A DNA stretch of 64,000 nucleotides, taken from Amphiscolops sp. MND2022. Its lineage: Eukaryota. This document shows positions 25,281 through 37,724 of the stretch, in pieces (the first letter of the stretch is position 1; every line of letters starts with the position of its first letter). The stretch lies in contig OZ076409.1 in the NCBI GenBank assembly GCA_964187785.1, positions 45,696,001 to 45,760,000 of the forward strand. The letters run 5' to 3'. The notes beneath the pieces are model-generated. The model was not told where the DNA came from. It saw nothing but the letters and a program-made list of their open reading frames with translations, and searched no databases. A program made the translations under genes and the position numbers.

Positions 25281-25930
25281 GCGCCATCAAATCAAAACTT
25301 ACTCAAAGACAGTAGGCATCAAAGTTTAATTGTTAATTGGTTAATTAAGGTTATACGCTTTTGTATAATTACTATGTATTATGGTGTGTGGTGCATTATT
25401 CAATGGTGTGAAATGAATGTGGGGTGAAATGAAGGTGGGTCAAAATGATATGGGGTGAAATGAACGCACACCCTTGAAGTAGCTTGCATGACAGAAAATT
25501 CAATATTCAAAAACGATACACGTAATGAGTGAAGCATGCGTTTGAGATAAATGTAAGTGACACGAGACACTTGAATTCGCAGAAAATGATAATACTGACA
25601 GGAAGAATAATACACACTAGGGTACTAAAAAGCTGAAGACCCTCAATTTGGCTGACGAAAATTTTCAATTTAATAATTTTACGAAAAGGTCTCTGAAGTA
25701 AAAGTCTCAAATTTTGATCCGAATTACAACGGTTCTTTTCGTTTTGAAATCAAACAAACTAAAAATGTTATGAAGCTTATTCTTTAGCTTTTTTGGTACC
25801 CTAGTGTACTTCATATACTGAAAATGTAAAATGATAGGAAAAGCTAACAGTTTGCTCAAAAATGAATTTCGGTCAAGAAACTCTAGGAGACTGTATCTTG
25901 ATTGATGCCTTCATGTAGTGAAACACTTAC

Positions 25931-26269
25931 CAATTTTAGTGACAGAGACATTGCTAATCTGCTCTAATGGAAGAACCCATAAAACTTTCACAGTCCAGCG
26001 ATGTCTTTCGGAAGAGTTCAACTCAAATCGCAGAATGGACGCACAGTCGGATATGACATGGGGAGGTAGCAGGAGGAAGGTGCACCAAGCCAAGAACAAA
26101 GACGCTCTGAAAGGTTGCACGGCTATTTTCTGTTGAAAGTACCTCTGTAGCAGGGCAACGTCATCTGGTGACAACAGAGACAATGAATCCGAAGAGAGTG
26201 AAGTGACATCTTCACCGTCCATGTTGGACGATCTCAGCTTGGGTGACTGTTCAAATTTCATTGTCATCC
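25931..26269 (-). CDS. MED14: MED14 coding exon 11
   Basis: LLQRYFQQKIAVQPFRASLFLAWCTFLLLPPHVISDCASILRFEL resembles MED14 [45 protein letters not shown]; tttcAG / GTaagt. Confidence 0.9.
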
Positions 26270-26363
26270 CTGAAATACACAGAAAGTGGTATGCTGAAAG
26301 AATGCGACTTAGTTATATGGAATTTAAACTTTCGTTGTCTCTGATCTGCGATCGTTGAGAAAC

Positions 26364-26673
26364 AAAACAAGACGAGAACGTCTAAAGTCGGCGCTATATC
26401 TAAGACATCTCAGACTCAAAAAGTGCAAAGTTTTTTAAATATACCCAGGACGTATTTATGAAAAGCTCAGAAAACAGTTTCGAGACGCCCAAAGGGTGCC
26501 TTTCATGCTCGATAAGACTCGGTAACCACTTTTTCCCCAACTGGGAAAAACATTTAAAAAAAAACCTTTGGGACTTATTGACATATATTCTGTTGCAAAC
26601 TATCAAAAAACCGGAAAATGTCACTGTAAGAGACGGGCATTTTCCCTTTAAAAGAAAATGCGCCGACTAAAAA
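26364..26673 (-). mobile_element. Short Helentron-like family B element
   Basis: Both termini present (hairpin plus AGTCGGCGC; GCGCCGACTAAAAA). Confidence 0.75.
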
Positions 26674-26934
26674 CCGCTAAGATTGAACGTCTCAGAATTT
26701 CATCGTGAGCAGTAATTTAACATTTAGAAAACCCAATTTCACGACCAAAATAATTGAAATAGACGTTTCTCCAATTTTGACCATACTTTGGCCCCATTCG
26801 GATACTTTTTGCACTGGAATTTTTTAGAAGTTTCTCAAAAACCATCCCTGAGCATAAGTAAAAGACTTAGCGCTTTTTGAGCCGTAAGATGGCCGCCAAC
26901 TTTAGACGGTGCCATTTTGTTGAAGCAAACTCAC

Positions 26935-27582
26935 CCATGAAATCAGAAGAAATTCCGAAAATGAAGACAATTCCTGACAGGTTATCAAGTTTTAAAGTAT
27001 GTCCATCGTGCGGTGAAACGTCTTTAAGCTGATTCAAAACGTCCCACTTGATGAAAGTCCACGTTAGGTAGAGTTCCAAAATTGACAGGTTCTCAAAGCC
27101 GTCTTCACTGCCGTTGCATACTACACACCTCTCCAGAATTTTGGCAAATGTTTTATAAGTCATTTTGATTGGACTGTTCGGTAAAAATGAAGCAGCAGAG
27201 TTATCTGAGTGGCTATCCTGAGTCACAAACTTCGGCGAATTCATAGATTTTGATGAGTCCTGCAAAGACTTTCCTGAGCCTAAGAAGGAGTCCGATTCTG
27301 AGCCCCCAGGGCAAAGAGGAAATGCCGAAAAGTCATTCGAAGAGTTAAGGGATACGTTCATATGACTACTGTCCATAGAAAGGGTGTTGAAAGGTTCCGG
27401 AGACAACATCGTAGGATTTGGAATTGAACCCATCATGGAATCAGAAAATACGTTCATGCCAATCGAAGGTGTTGATGCAAAACGAGAAGTTGATATCCTG
27501 GAAGCAGATAGAACAAACCAGTGTAGATGATCCAACTTCTGGGGACAGTAAACTGATTTGGAAACTGAGCGAGGAATGTCTT
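26935..27582 (-). CDS. MED14: MED14 coding exon 10 (includes Ser/Pro-rich region)
   Basis: tttcAG / GTgagt; phases 1/1; open frame matching ORF 26867-27535. Confidence 0.8.
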
Positions 27583-27674
27583 CTGAAACATCAAATCAGT
27601 AACAAATGAGGAAAACTATACAAAATCATTAGGAAGAGCAGAAACTACAATTCCAAAGGAAGAAAGAAACTTAC

Positions 27675-28181
27675 CAGAATGTTGACTCACAGCACCATCT
27701 GATAACAAGACACTATCTTCAATGAATTCGATTTCCAAAACAAAAATGAAGCGAAAAACCAAGGAAAGCTTGGTTAGACTCCGAGCAATGATGTTGGTTG
27801 AAGTGTGGCATAAATCAGTGGGGCGATTGCAAAAAGAGACACCAACTTGTATTTGTTTGTTCAGAGATGTTATCAAGCTGAGAGGTCGACTTGTGATGTG
27901 CAGCGAATACATCAAATCTAGTATATGGGTCTCTGACCTTTGATACTCAGCATTGACTAGAGATTCAAACACAGGCCCCACATGAGGATTTCTGGATTCC
28001 ATTTTAGAACAAGGGGGAAACTTCGTTCCAAATGTAATTCTGGATTTAACCACGTCTGGGGAAACCGTCTGTTGACAACTTTTGTCCAGCAGAAATGACT
28101 GAAACGTTATTGTAAAGCAATGCCCAGGTCCATACGCCAATACGAGCTTCTCAACGTCGTAACATACAATTTCGATCCACG
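27675..28181 (-). CDS. MED14: MED14 coding exon 9
   Basis: EIVCYDVEKLVLAYG resembles EVRVYNYRKLILCYG; LLSDGAVS resembles AIRDGAYS; AG / GTaagt. Confidence 0.88.
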
Positions 28182-28529
28182 CTAAAAAAGAGACTTTGAA
28201 TCAGTGAAGACTCACGATCCACGTGCTTCAAGTACTTTGTTTTTTGGTAGGGGTCACTTTTATATATTCTGACAACTAAAATTATTTCCGTCTAATACTT
28301 TTCAGCATGAGGCCCATACTTTTCATATCTGAACTCAACTGAAGATGTCACAATGTTTAAACACAATGAATCTAACGACCCATTCCCACACTCTCGAAAT
28401 CTTGAAATCAACCGGACCTGTAACTAATACCCCGGCGCAATCGGGACATCCGGTTCACCGCTTGATTTATTTCACAACAGGATTGAAGGGAGAAATGAAC
28501 ATATTCATTTTATATGAAGGATGACTCAC

Positions 28530-28847
28530 GTTTTTCGCAACTGAATCCTTCGTTCAAGCGCTCAATGTATTCTTTAACGTAAAGATATTCATCGTATAAC
28601 TTGAGCATGTGCTTCCACTGAACTTCGAATTTGTTGAGAGGAACAAGGAAGAAGCTTCTGTTAGACCATCTGTTGAGCTCAAGAAAGGACTGCAGATGAG
28701 ACACTTTTTTTGATCCTTTCAAAGCACCAACACACGTGATATAAGTGATGCCCAAAACTCCTCTGAAGTTGCGTTGAACACGAGGTCGAATTTCAACAGA
28801 TAAAATGCACTTTTTGAACGTTGCTTCACTGCTCTCTCGCACCGATC
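28530..28847 (-). CDS. MED14: MED14 coding exon 8
   Basis: ttttcgcAG / GTgagt; QWKHMLKLYD resembles DWNSIARLYE; phases fit. Confidence 0.8.
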
Positions 28848-28914
28848 CTGCGAAAATAATAACATCGAAAATTAGTGTAGAACCTTGCGAAAAAAATTGG
28901 TGATTCATAAGAAA

Positions 28915-29120
28915 GAATGGACCTGGACAATAGACTCAAACCCACGCACTCCTGCTTCTCAGACCTCTTTAAGAAATTCGAGTTAAACTCTAGGCGAAGA
29001 AGTGGCAGTTAGAAGTTACAACTTACAGAAATGCTTATTTATAGACTATGCATTCGTTCGCTGGTCTTTGAAAAAAGCCACTATAGTCGGCATTTTCTAA
29101 CGAAAAGCGCCGACTAAAAA
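28915..29120 (-). mobile_element. 5' part of a family B element with a degenerate tRNA-like cassette
   Basis: AGTCGGCATTTTC...GAAAAGCGCCGACTAAAAA terminus; minus strand TCTGAGAAGCAGGAGTGCGTGGGTTTGAGTC resembles the cassette at 51170-51241. Confidence 0.65.
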
Positions 29121-30041
29121 CATTCGAAAAATTCTACAAGTTTAAAACGCCTTCGATTCTTCTCTGAAAATGATGACTTGGAGTAACGCAACTTGACTGC
29201 TACTAGAATTGACGAAGAAAACAGGTCGATAATAAGTCATAAGTAAAAAATCATTATTACGGCTTTCATAACATTTCAGTTTACGGAAAAATACAGGAGC
29301 ATTCTGAAATATTGAACCTCTTGGACAGTTTTCTAGGCAAATATCAAATGTCTCAGACTCTAGGGTAGCTAAAAAAGTAAATAGGGTATCAATTGAAAAG
29401 TAATTTGACAAGCTTTCACGCAGAAGTTTGTTTATTCTCAATCTTATAACCAAAGAAGTCTCAAACCTGTGGTACAGATAGAGCAAATATTTCTTTAAAT
29501 CGTAAAAAATCAGTTGATCTCAAATTTCCAAAATATTGAGGATTCATAAAAGCACAATATTGCGTGTTTTTCGGAGTACTCTGGAACGATTCAGCGCAAA
29601 TTCAGCCCCGGAAGACCTCGAAAATGTACAAATTTAGCGGAAAAATAGTTGTTCGGACCTGTAAACCACAGCTGCATGGAAAACTATCGAAACGAGCTGA
29701 AAGATACACCAGAGCCGCATATGCGGTAAAGGAGTCAGCTTAGGTCTTTTTCCTTCTGACTGGCTCGAATCCCAGTCATAATGGTGTACGTATCATTTTT
29801 TTTGTGTAAGTACAACCAGAAGGGAAAGGTTTACAAGAAAACCTTAATGTTTGCCACATAAATCGGGTGAAAAGAATCAGTTTCGCCGAACAAAATTAAA
29901 TCAAGTTCGGCAAAAATGGGCTAAACTGGTGGAATATCAATTTCTCTGACGAAAACGATGATTTAGTTACGACCTAGTCGTCTGATACTTTTCAGAATAC
30001 CGCCTGATTTTGGTTTTCGTCCATTAGTTACACCAAAACTC

Positions 30042-30528
30042 AACAAGCCGGAAACGGCCCAAGTCGGCGCCATATCTGAGGCTCAAAAATAGCAAAAGGA
30101 CTTCAAAGTGCCAAAAAAATTTCGAAATATGTTTGAAGTTTCTGGTAAGTCGAATAGTGCCGAAAAATGTAAAAAAGGGGGGGGCTTTGCGATTATTCGA
30201 ACATCCATTCTGTTGCAAAATAGAAAAAAATGAAGGGGGACCGTTTGGAGACATTAAAATTTGCGAAAAAAAGTCACACAAAGCCGAAAGAACATGCAAA
30301 AAAATGTGGTAAACGGGGAGACTCGAACCCACGTCCTTCTGCTTGGCAGACCTCAAAAAATCCTAATTAACATCTATGCCAAGTGCCAGTAGAAGTAGTG
30401 TGGCAGTTAGTGTTAGTGCAAGCCAGCTTATAAAGCTTATCTGTCACTTTGTTGGTCTTAAAAAAAAAGAAAAAAAAGAAAAGTCACCGCTATAGTCTGC
30501 GTTTCCTACGAAGAGCACCGACTAAAAA
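30042..30528 (-). mobile_element. Helentron-like family B element carrying a tRNA-derived cassette
   Basis: Hairpin GCCG-GAAA-CGGC plus AGTCGGCGC at one end, CCGACTAAAAA at the other; homologous to 55384-56004. Confidence 0.8.
30307..30387 (-). pseudogene. tRNA-derived sequence (Gly-GCC-like) with A and B boxes
   Basis: TGGCATAGATG A-box-like, CTGCCAA loop, GGTTCGAGTCT B box, T7 run downstream; cloverleaf degenerate and an internal T6 run is present. Confidence 0.6.
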
Positions 30529-30953
30529 TGCCGGCAAAAAACTGATCAGATCGAATGGCGAAATATAGATTTCTCCCATTGAAAACAGAGTTAACGCTGA
30601 TGTTTACATCGACTGTTTGAAAGAACAAGGTTCTACCCTTTCTGAATCTCCATGAAGTTGTTCAACAGGACAACACATCAGTCCATACAACTGAAAAACG
30701 ATGGTTTTTTTTCGAGAATGCTTTTACATTACTGGGAAACTGGCCCCTCAACCTCAGGATTTAATTATCCGGATTTTCACTGAAGAAGAATTTCACCGAT
30801 GTCCATACTTCTACACCTTATGCATCTATTGCGAGACGAATGCAAGGAATTTTGAAAAATAAAGGATACCCGACGAAGTATCAGACTTTTATTAAAGTTT
30901 TCTTTCACGTTTTTTCGTTTTAAACATTTAAAAAACTGAAATGATTTAAAAAC

Positions 30954-31734
30954 TAGACTTATAACCGGACACAAATTTACCGGATTCCGTATTATTCGGC
31001 ATTTTTCTACCGGATATTGACCGGATACCGGATATTTAGATTAACCGGATACCGGATAGTTAATACATTTTTTTGCCAAACTTTTTCTTCTTTATGTGAC
31101 GTTATGTTTTTGCTTTCAGAGTTTATGGATAAAATGACCGAAAAAATTTGGAACATTTTTACGGCCCAAACCGACCATAAGGCAAAATGCAATCAGCCGG
31201 GCTGTGGTGTTATGCTGAAACGGGGAACAAACCCATCGAATTATTCAACAACCCAGGCAACATTTTAAGATCCGCGTTTCAAAAACAGGTTCGTTAGTGA
31301 CCCGATGATGACTTCCATCAAGAATCTGATTGCTGATAGCAAAATTCAAGAAGATACCAGCCAAAACCAATCGAAGTAGCAGTAACTAATAGCAGTAATT
31401 TTTGGGATGTGTGGGGCACAAAAAGAAAATGTTGGAAACCTAGACACCGAAATGTCGTTGTACATAAGCCACCCAAAACGTGATGTCTCTCGATCCTCTG
31501 GACAACTAGCGAAACGAAAACAGCAACGTTCTGTCGAACCGAAGAAACAGGCTGAAACTTGAAATATCGGAGAAGTTGGTTTTCCTCCATGACAATCTTG
31601 GTTTTGTAAAAACCTTATAGATTGTTTTATTGTATAATTGTGTTTTTTAAGTGTCCGGGTTTTTTTACTGCCGGATACCGGATACATAATTGAGATTTTG
31701 CCGGATACCGGAACCGGATTCCGGTTAAACTCTA
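30954..31734 (+). mobile_element. Internally deleted hAT element with CCGGATA subterminal repeats
   Basis: Termini TAGACTTATAACCGG / CCGGTTAAACTCTA; TSD TTAAAAAC / TTAGAAAC; BED remnant IWNIF...AKCNQPGC and a DPRFK motif. Confidence 0.8.
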
Positions 31735-32341
31735 TTAGAAACCTTGGTGAAATGGCAAAAAGTTCAGAAGTCTCAGTGCCGGAAAAAAATCAAAGGACCC
31801 CTTTGTCTCATAGTTTTGTTGCAGATCAAACGAAAATAAATACTCAAAGAGGACCATTCGGCTGCTGTTTCAATCTTACGCGTAAACTCCAATAAGTAAG
31901 TATATCACACGGCGTGAACTTTGTGACCTGGAAAGAATGCACCTACTAAACGGTGAAGGGTTCGCGTTTTGGTACGCAGCATGAAAACCTGAACCACCAC
32001 ATTCAAAAATTCATATTAAAAAATCTTTGAAATTATAATTACCTTCAAGTCATAGAATCAAATCTAGAAAATCCGACAGCTACTAGAAAGTGCATCACCA
32101 CTGATGCTGTCTGTCATATCGCGTAGTCTCATTTACACAAAAAAAGGAAAACCATTCACAGAAAAGATAAAACCAACACATTAGAACTTTCTACAGTGCC
32201 ATTCAGACTTTTGACACCGCTAATAAGAGATTTAGTAAATGAGCGGCCGAACAATATTTTTCCAACAAATTCATTAGTGATTCAAACCGAGGGCAAGTAA
32301 TAAAATGATTACGTACCAAATGACATAAAAGCAAATAACCT

Positions 32342-32884
32342 AAAAATAGACCCCTGCGGGGAACATTACTATTTCTGCTTTAATCTTTCATTAATATTAT
32401 TACACTGCATTGTTTTAAAACCAAGATGATATTGTTTTAATACCAAAAGTATAAATCAGTGCTTTTTTAAATAATAGAATCATATCTGGAATACCAATAC
32501 TCATGCTCAATCATTATTTAGCGTACAATTAATCACTGTAAAGTTTACACCCCTTCTTCTCGGACTAAAGAAAATATGTACAACTACTAAGCGTAGACAA
32601 AGTTTCGCATTCGCAATTGAATGCAGGCGAAGCTTTCAACGAACAAATAATTAAGACTCATTCGCTTCAGCTCAATGACGTCAGCGTACGAATGCATAAT
32701 TAACACTCGCTCGTTCCATCGCACGAGAATTGAAATTTCGTCGGCAGCTTGAGAAATTTAATTCTCACGCTTAGTCACTGTCGAACAAATATCTGAATTA
32801 TTCAGTATCGTGCGAAAAATTGTACTGAAAAAAAGTAGACATCTTGAGATTTCAATAATATTTCTGCTACCGCAGCAATAATAA
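32342..32884 (-). mobile_element. Helentron-like family A element
   Basis: CCCC-TGC-GGGG hairpin plus TATTTCTGCTTTA; internal sequence homologous to other family A copies. Confidence 0.75.
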
Positions 32885-33071
32885 AAACTAATTTCATTTA
32901 TCATAATCTTATCATTTTCACAACAAAACTGTAAGACTCGGCAATCCTCCTTCGAGGGCACTTTGCGCCGATACAGGTCAACTTTTGTCAAAACTCACCG
33001 CTGATAATGGGACGTCGCTCCGCTTCCTTTCAACATTTAGGTCACCATATGTAGACGAAGTTGATCTATTC

Positions 33072-33398
33072 GGGTAGCATATTTGAGGCCCGAAACTAGT
33101 GTAATTTGAGGCCCGATCAATTTGGTGACTATTAGCGTCAGATAATATTATATCAGCCAATATGTATTTAACTTGATTTATTTGAAGAGGTTAGCATATT
33201 TGTTGTATGGCTCGGTCGCTCCGCTCCCTTCGCCAAGTAGCAACATTTAGGCATGGTCATATGGCACGTCGCTTCGCTCCTGCATTTAGGGCACTAGGGG
33301 TATGTGAATATAGCTGACTACGTTATAATAATAAGTTCGATGAACAAATTTTCGGGCCTCAGATAACATTTCATTATCGGGCCTACATAAACGTTCCC
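33072..33398. mobile_element. MITE, inverted copy of 5099-5449
   Basis: Same TIRs and core; TSD ATCTATTC / ATTTATTC. Confidence 0.85.
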
Positions 33399-33871
33399 AT
33401 TTATTCCTATCGTGGTAAGAATTACGTTATAGTAACTTGATTGAACATGCGCAATGATGAGCTTTGGCTAATCAGATTCAGTACCTTTGAGAGAAAATGA
33501 ACATTTATGTTTGATTAAATTAATTTTGTTTCTATGTTATTTGTTCTTATGCTATTTGGGAATCTATCAATAGAATTTTTAAAATCAAAACTTCCTCAAA
33601 GTATACACAGGGTTTTAAAACTCACTCAGTATGAAAGAATCCAGTCCTTTTCCTTGCAAAAACTAATTATCATTGAATTTTAAAACATACTCGAAGTCAA
33701 ACATTTATTTGAAGAAAAACGTTTTCAGCGAAATACCGAATTTGAGATTAGCGGCATAGCGTTAGCAAAAAAATAGCAATGGCAGGACCCTGGTGCCATG
33801 GCACCTTTACTTTGGTTCCAAAATTTCACGTTCTTACCAGTTAATTTATCGTATTTACCGTTGTAGATATG

Positions 33872-34954
33872 TTTTTTAGTCGGCGCATTTTAGTAGCAAA
33901 TGAGCCCGACTATTACAGTGGGTAGTTTTTTTAGACACGAAAGGTCCACTTTTTTGTTCATTTGTTCAACAACCTCAAACCTCAACAACTTCAAACCTCA
34001 ACAACTCCAACCTCAGAAGCGCGTCCAAAACGAAAAGAAAAAACAAAACAGACGTCCACAACCTCGAAAACACACTAAAGATCCCACCTTAGCCCCACTT
34101 TTTTTCGGCACTATGCGACTTTTTTTTGAAGTTTTTTGGATTGCACCAGAGGGTCCCCCTTCATTTGTTTCGATATTTTGCAACACAATGGATGTCAAAA
34201 AATTGCAAAGGGTCCCCCCTTTTACATTTTTCGGCACTGTGACACTGTTCAAAAATCTCATTTTAAAAATTTTTTGGGAAATTTTTTCATGTCTCCAAAG
34301 GGTCCCCCCTTCAATTTTTTAAATTTTTTGCAACCAGCTGGAGTTTCACAAAGCCTGAAGGGTCCCCCTTTTAAATTTTGAGTCTTAGATATGGCGCCGA
34401 CTTTGGCCGTTCTCGGCTTGTTTTTAGTCGGCGCATTTTAGTAGAAAATGTGCCCGACTATTACAGTGGGTAGTTTTTTTTTAGACACGAAAGGTCCACT
34501 TTTCTGTTCATTTGTTCAACAACCTCAAACTTCAACAACTTCAAACCTCAACAACTCCAACCTCAGAAGCACGTCCAAAACGAAAAGAAAAAACAAAACA
34601 GACGTCCACAACCTCGAAAACACACCTTAGCCCCACTTTTTTTCAGCACTTTTTTGAAGTTTTTTGGATTGCACCAGAGGGTCCCCCCTTCATTTGTTTC
34701 AATATTTTGCAACACAATGGATGTCAAAAAATCGCAAAGGGTCCCCCCTTTTACATTTTTTGGCACTGTGACACTGTTCAAAAATTTCATAAAAAAAAAT
34801 TCTTGGGAAATTTTTTCATGTCTCCAAAGGGTCCCTCCTTCAATTTTTTTTCAAATTTTTTGCAACCAGCTGGAGTTTCACAAAGCCCGAAGGGTCCCCC
34901 TTTTAAATTTTGAGCCTTAGATATGGCGCCGACTTTGGCCGTTCTCGGCTTGTT
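33872..34954 (+). mobile_element. Two head-to-tail family B elements (junction 34420/34421)
   Basis: Each unit starts TTTTTAGTCGGCGC and ends GCGCCGACTTTGGCCGTTCTCGGCTTG. Confidence 0.85.
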
Positions 34955-35016
34955 CATTTCTAAAGTCTGCCAACAAAGATCGAAATGAAAAGGTTTCACA
35001 CTATTGTATAACTAAC

Positions 35017-35509
35017 CTAAATTATAAGTGGGCATTTTAGTTACATAAAAACAGGGCGCTCCGTCACACAAAGAGGCAACAACTTCAGCATCTGGCAGGC
35101 AGTACTTTAACGCATCTTTTACAGAATTGGCGAGAAACCTCATGAGACAAGAAGAAACAGTCTCACGTAAACCCGGAAGAGCTGCCCCGACATTCCGTTC
35201 AGTAGCAAACTTCTGGTCTGAGTACGATGACTTTTTCATCAGACTGCCCAACTCATATTCAGACTCGTAGGACGCTTGCGAACAAAGATCTGTGTTCAGA
35301 GGCACTAAAGCTGCAATTTGAACTGTTTTGTAGTCAGGTTCACTAGAGTTTGAATTGACACCTGTATTGGGTTGAAATAGTTGCATCATGTAATACTTGG
35401 GTTTCAGATAACCATCCACTGATTCAACGCAGACTACAACAAAGGACTGCGAATTGTTCTCCAGTTGAACAAATATTTTTGAGTCTGGCAAACTGGTGTA
35501 TGGATGAGA
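35017..35509 (-). CDS. MED14: MED14 coding exon 7
   Basis: SHPYTSLPDSKIFVQL...FVVV...PKYYMM resembles THPIGNLSKNKLFIKL...YIVV...YKYYFM; ttttAG / GTtagt. Confidence 0.88.
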
Positions 35510-36706
35510 CTAAAACAACATCAAGATAACAAATATCAAATATTTTGAGTAGTAGTATTGCATCAAATTGGAAATCTATTGCTCAACTCGAAACAAAATA
35601 ATAACCGAGCATTGACTACACAAATATCTAATGATTTGAAACCGAAATCGTATCATGAAACTCAAAAGGTATTCACACAAGAACTAAGAAAGAGAGTCAA
35701 AGAATTTTCAATTTACAAACTCGACAAGTGCGTCGAAACATTACCCCGAAGATCGAATCTTTTGGTTGAGTGAGGACCTTTTGGTACGATCTCGATCAAG
35801 TAAAAGACTAAAAGATCAAGTACAAGACTAAAAGACTAGACATTTCGGTGTCCGAATCAGTAAGTCTTGTAGGGGATGTCTCCATGAGTTAGAAGGAAGT
35901 AAAATCTCATTTCCGAGGCAGAGCCGTGAACAGTGCATGAGATCTTTGTTTCGTGTCAGCCGAGGTTCGCCAAAGTTGCTCAATTAGACGATGCATGTGA
36001 TTAAATCCCCGGGAGTCTAGATAACAGCGGGTCTCACCAATAAAACAAGCTGCAATACCTGCAAAAGGATTGGGAGTGTAACCCACCTCTGCTCCTCCTC
36101 CCAGTAACAAACTTGCGGAAAAAACATTTTGTCATTAAACTAATTGGAGAATAGCACCCTACTCGTAGGGAGGCTTTCTCAACGGACAGGCAAGTCTGAA
36201 TTAGGAAAACGTTATAAAAACAAACCTCTTTCGCTATCAGATTTTCTCTTCTGTCTGTAATTGAGATACAAATTGAGGTGCAAACAAATGTGACACTATG
36301 GTCGATGCTTGCTTTCTAATAAAAACGCTTCTCCTTGTCAAGCAAGAGACTTGCCCGTAATGAAAAGTATGACCTGAACTACTCAAACGTTGATGCTCGT
36401 CTAACTGGGCTGAAACGCGGACTCAGTAAAAGGTACTCATAAGGGAGTACATGGTACTTTTTTCTGTAGACTTTGGTTTTTGACGCACTGATTGACGTCG
36501 CTTGAATGTTGGAATCGTTTGAGGCGTCTATAATATAACCGGCGGTTCAAGTCGTAAAATTCTGTGTTTACTGTTCCTGATGATTAGCACTGAAAACTTT
36601 GAAGGTCAATGGTTATAGGCCCCTAAATGGGCACTGGAACACATCCCGAAAACAATTAACTAGACTTTTTCAGCCAATTTTGGAACGGATAATATTAATA
36701 GCTTAC

Positions 36707-37087
36707 CTTGCTGACAGCGAAGCTAGGATTTTCCACGATAGAGCAAGACAATCCGTAAAGACTGTTATGAATCCTTTGTAGAAGGAAATTCTTACGAATG
36801 CTGTCAAGTTTCTGGATGTAATTAGTATTTTCCTTATTCAAAGAAATTTCCAGTTCTATGCAAGATTGTGATGTCAGCTTTGGACATCTGACAACAAACA
36901 TGCCAGTTTTAGGCTGCACTGAAACTTTGATTATCTCACAGTCGTCCAAAGGATGCAGCGTTTGGATTGATAGATTCGGAACTGATTCGTTGTATGTTGT
37001 GGGAAAAGTGGGACTATTCTTGGAGAGAAATTGTTGCAAAGCCACCAGAGCATCTTGAGATCTGACGTGAATAGTATTGGACAGCAG
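36707..37087 (-). CDS. MED14: MED14 coding exon 6
   Basis: LLSNTIHVRSQDAL...VSVQPKTGMF resembles LLIDSVHARAHQKL...IFVDLHSGMF; AG / GTaagc. Confidence 0.9.
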
Positions 37088-37353
37088 CTAGAAAAGCAAA
37101 ACAACTTGAGGTCAGTGATGCCCACTTGAACTGCAAGCTTAAACTTGGTTATGTGTTAAATAATTGAGTAAAATAACTAAAATTTGAGGTAAACCAAACA
37201 ATGAAGGTTAACACTGTTATTTTTTTGATTTTATATTTGTCTTCAGTCAACGCAATACGATTTGTCTTTCAGAATATTTTTTTTCAACTCAAATGTCCCA
37301 CTGTTGATTGGAGCTTCTGCGCTGTTGCTCATTGCGAGAATGTTCAAGATTAG

Positions 37354-37572
37354 ATCTTCTCTCTGATCAAAGAGACGATATAGAGTTTATATGAAAGTGG
37401 CACCGGATATTTTCCACCCTAATATTATTTTATTTTAGCAACATTATTTTTAGAGAACCATATCTTCTCTCTGATCAAAGAGACGATATAGAGTTTATAT
37501 GAAAATGGCACCGGGATATTTTCCATCCTAATATTATTTTATTTTAGCAACATTATTTTTAGAGAACCATAT
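37354..37572. repeat. Tandem duplication, 2 x ~108 bp
   Basis: ATCTTCTCTCTGATCAAAGAGACG...TTTAGAGAACCAT occurs twice back to back with few differences. Confidence 0.9.
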
Positions 37573-37724
37573 ATGAGAGCATCGTCTGGTCGGAAAAATT
37601 GGATATCCGCGCTACAACCAAGTTCCAATTTACGCAGAAATATTAAAAACTTCGGATTTCTCATCTAAGAAACTATATTTTGTCATTAACAGCCGTGGGC
37701 ATTCATAACGATCATGACAATTAG

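Larger units (their letters stand above)
21918..25472. mobile_element. TIR element with tandem subterminal TTCATTTCACCCC repeats, hosting three nested insertions
   Basis: TIRs GGTTTAGTATCATTTCACCCC / GGGGTGAAATGAACGCACACC; CTTGAAGT at 21910-21917 and 25473-25480. Confidence 0.75.
29800..30860 (+). mobile_element. Tc1/mariner transposase remnant, interrupted by a family B element
   Basis: FSDE near 29940, then NADVYIDCL, QQDNTSVHT and a degenerate WPP..DL motif at 30590-30765; heavily decayed. Confidence 0.6.

Noticed and set aside
29142..29486. 114-aa ORF as an extra MED14 exon
   Set aside because: Exons 7 and 8 join in phase with continuous similarity, and the ORF has no recognisable motif.
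33900..34999. Multiple ORFs of 60-140 aa
   Set aside because: Translations of non-coding family B subrepeats (KGPPF-type words recur in all copies).
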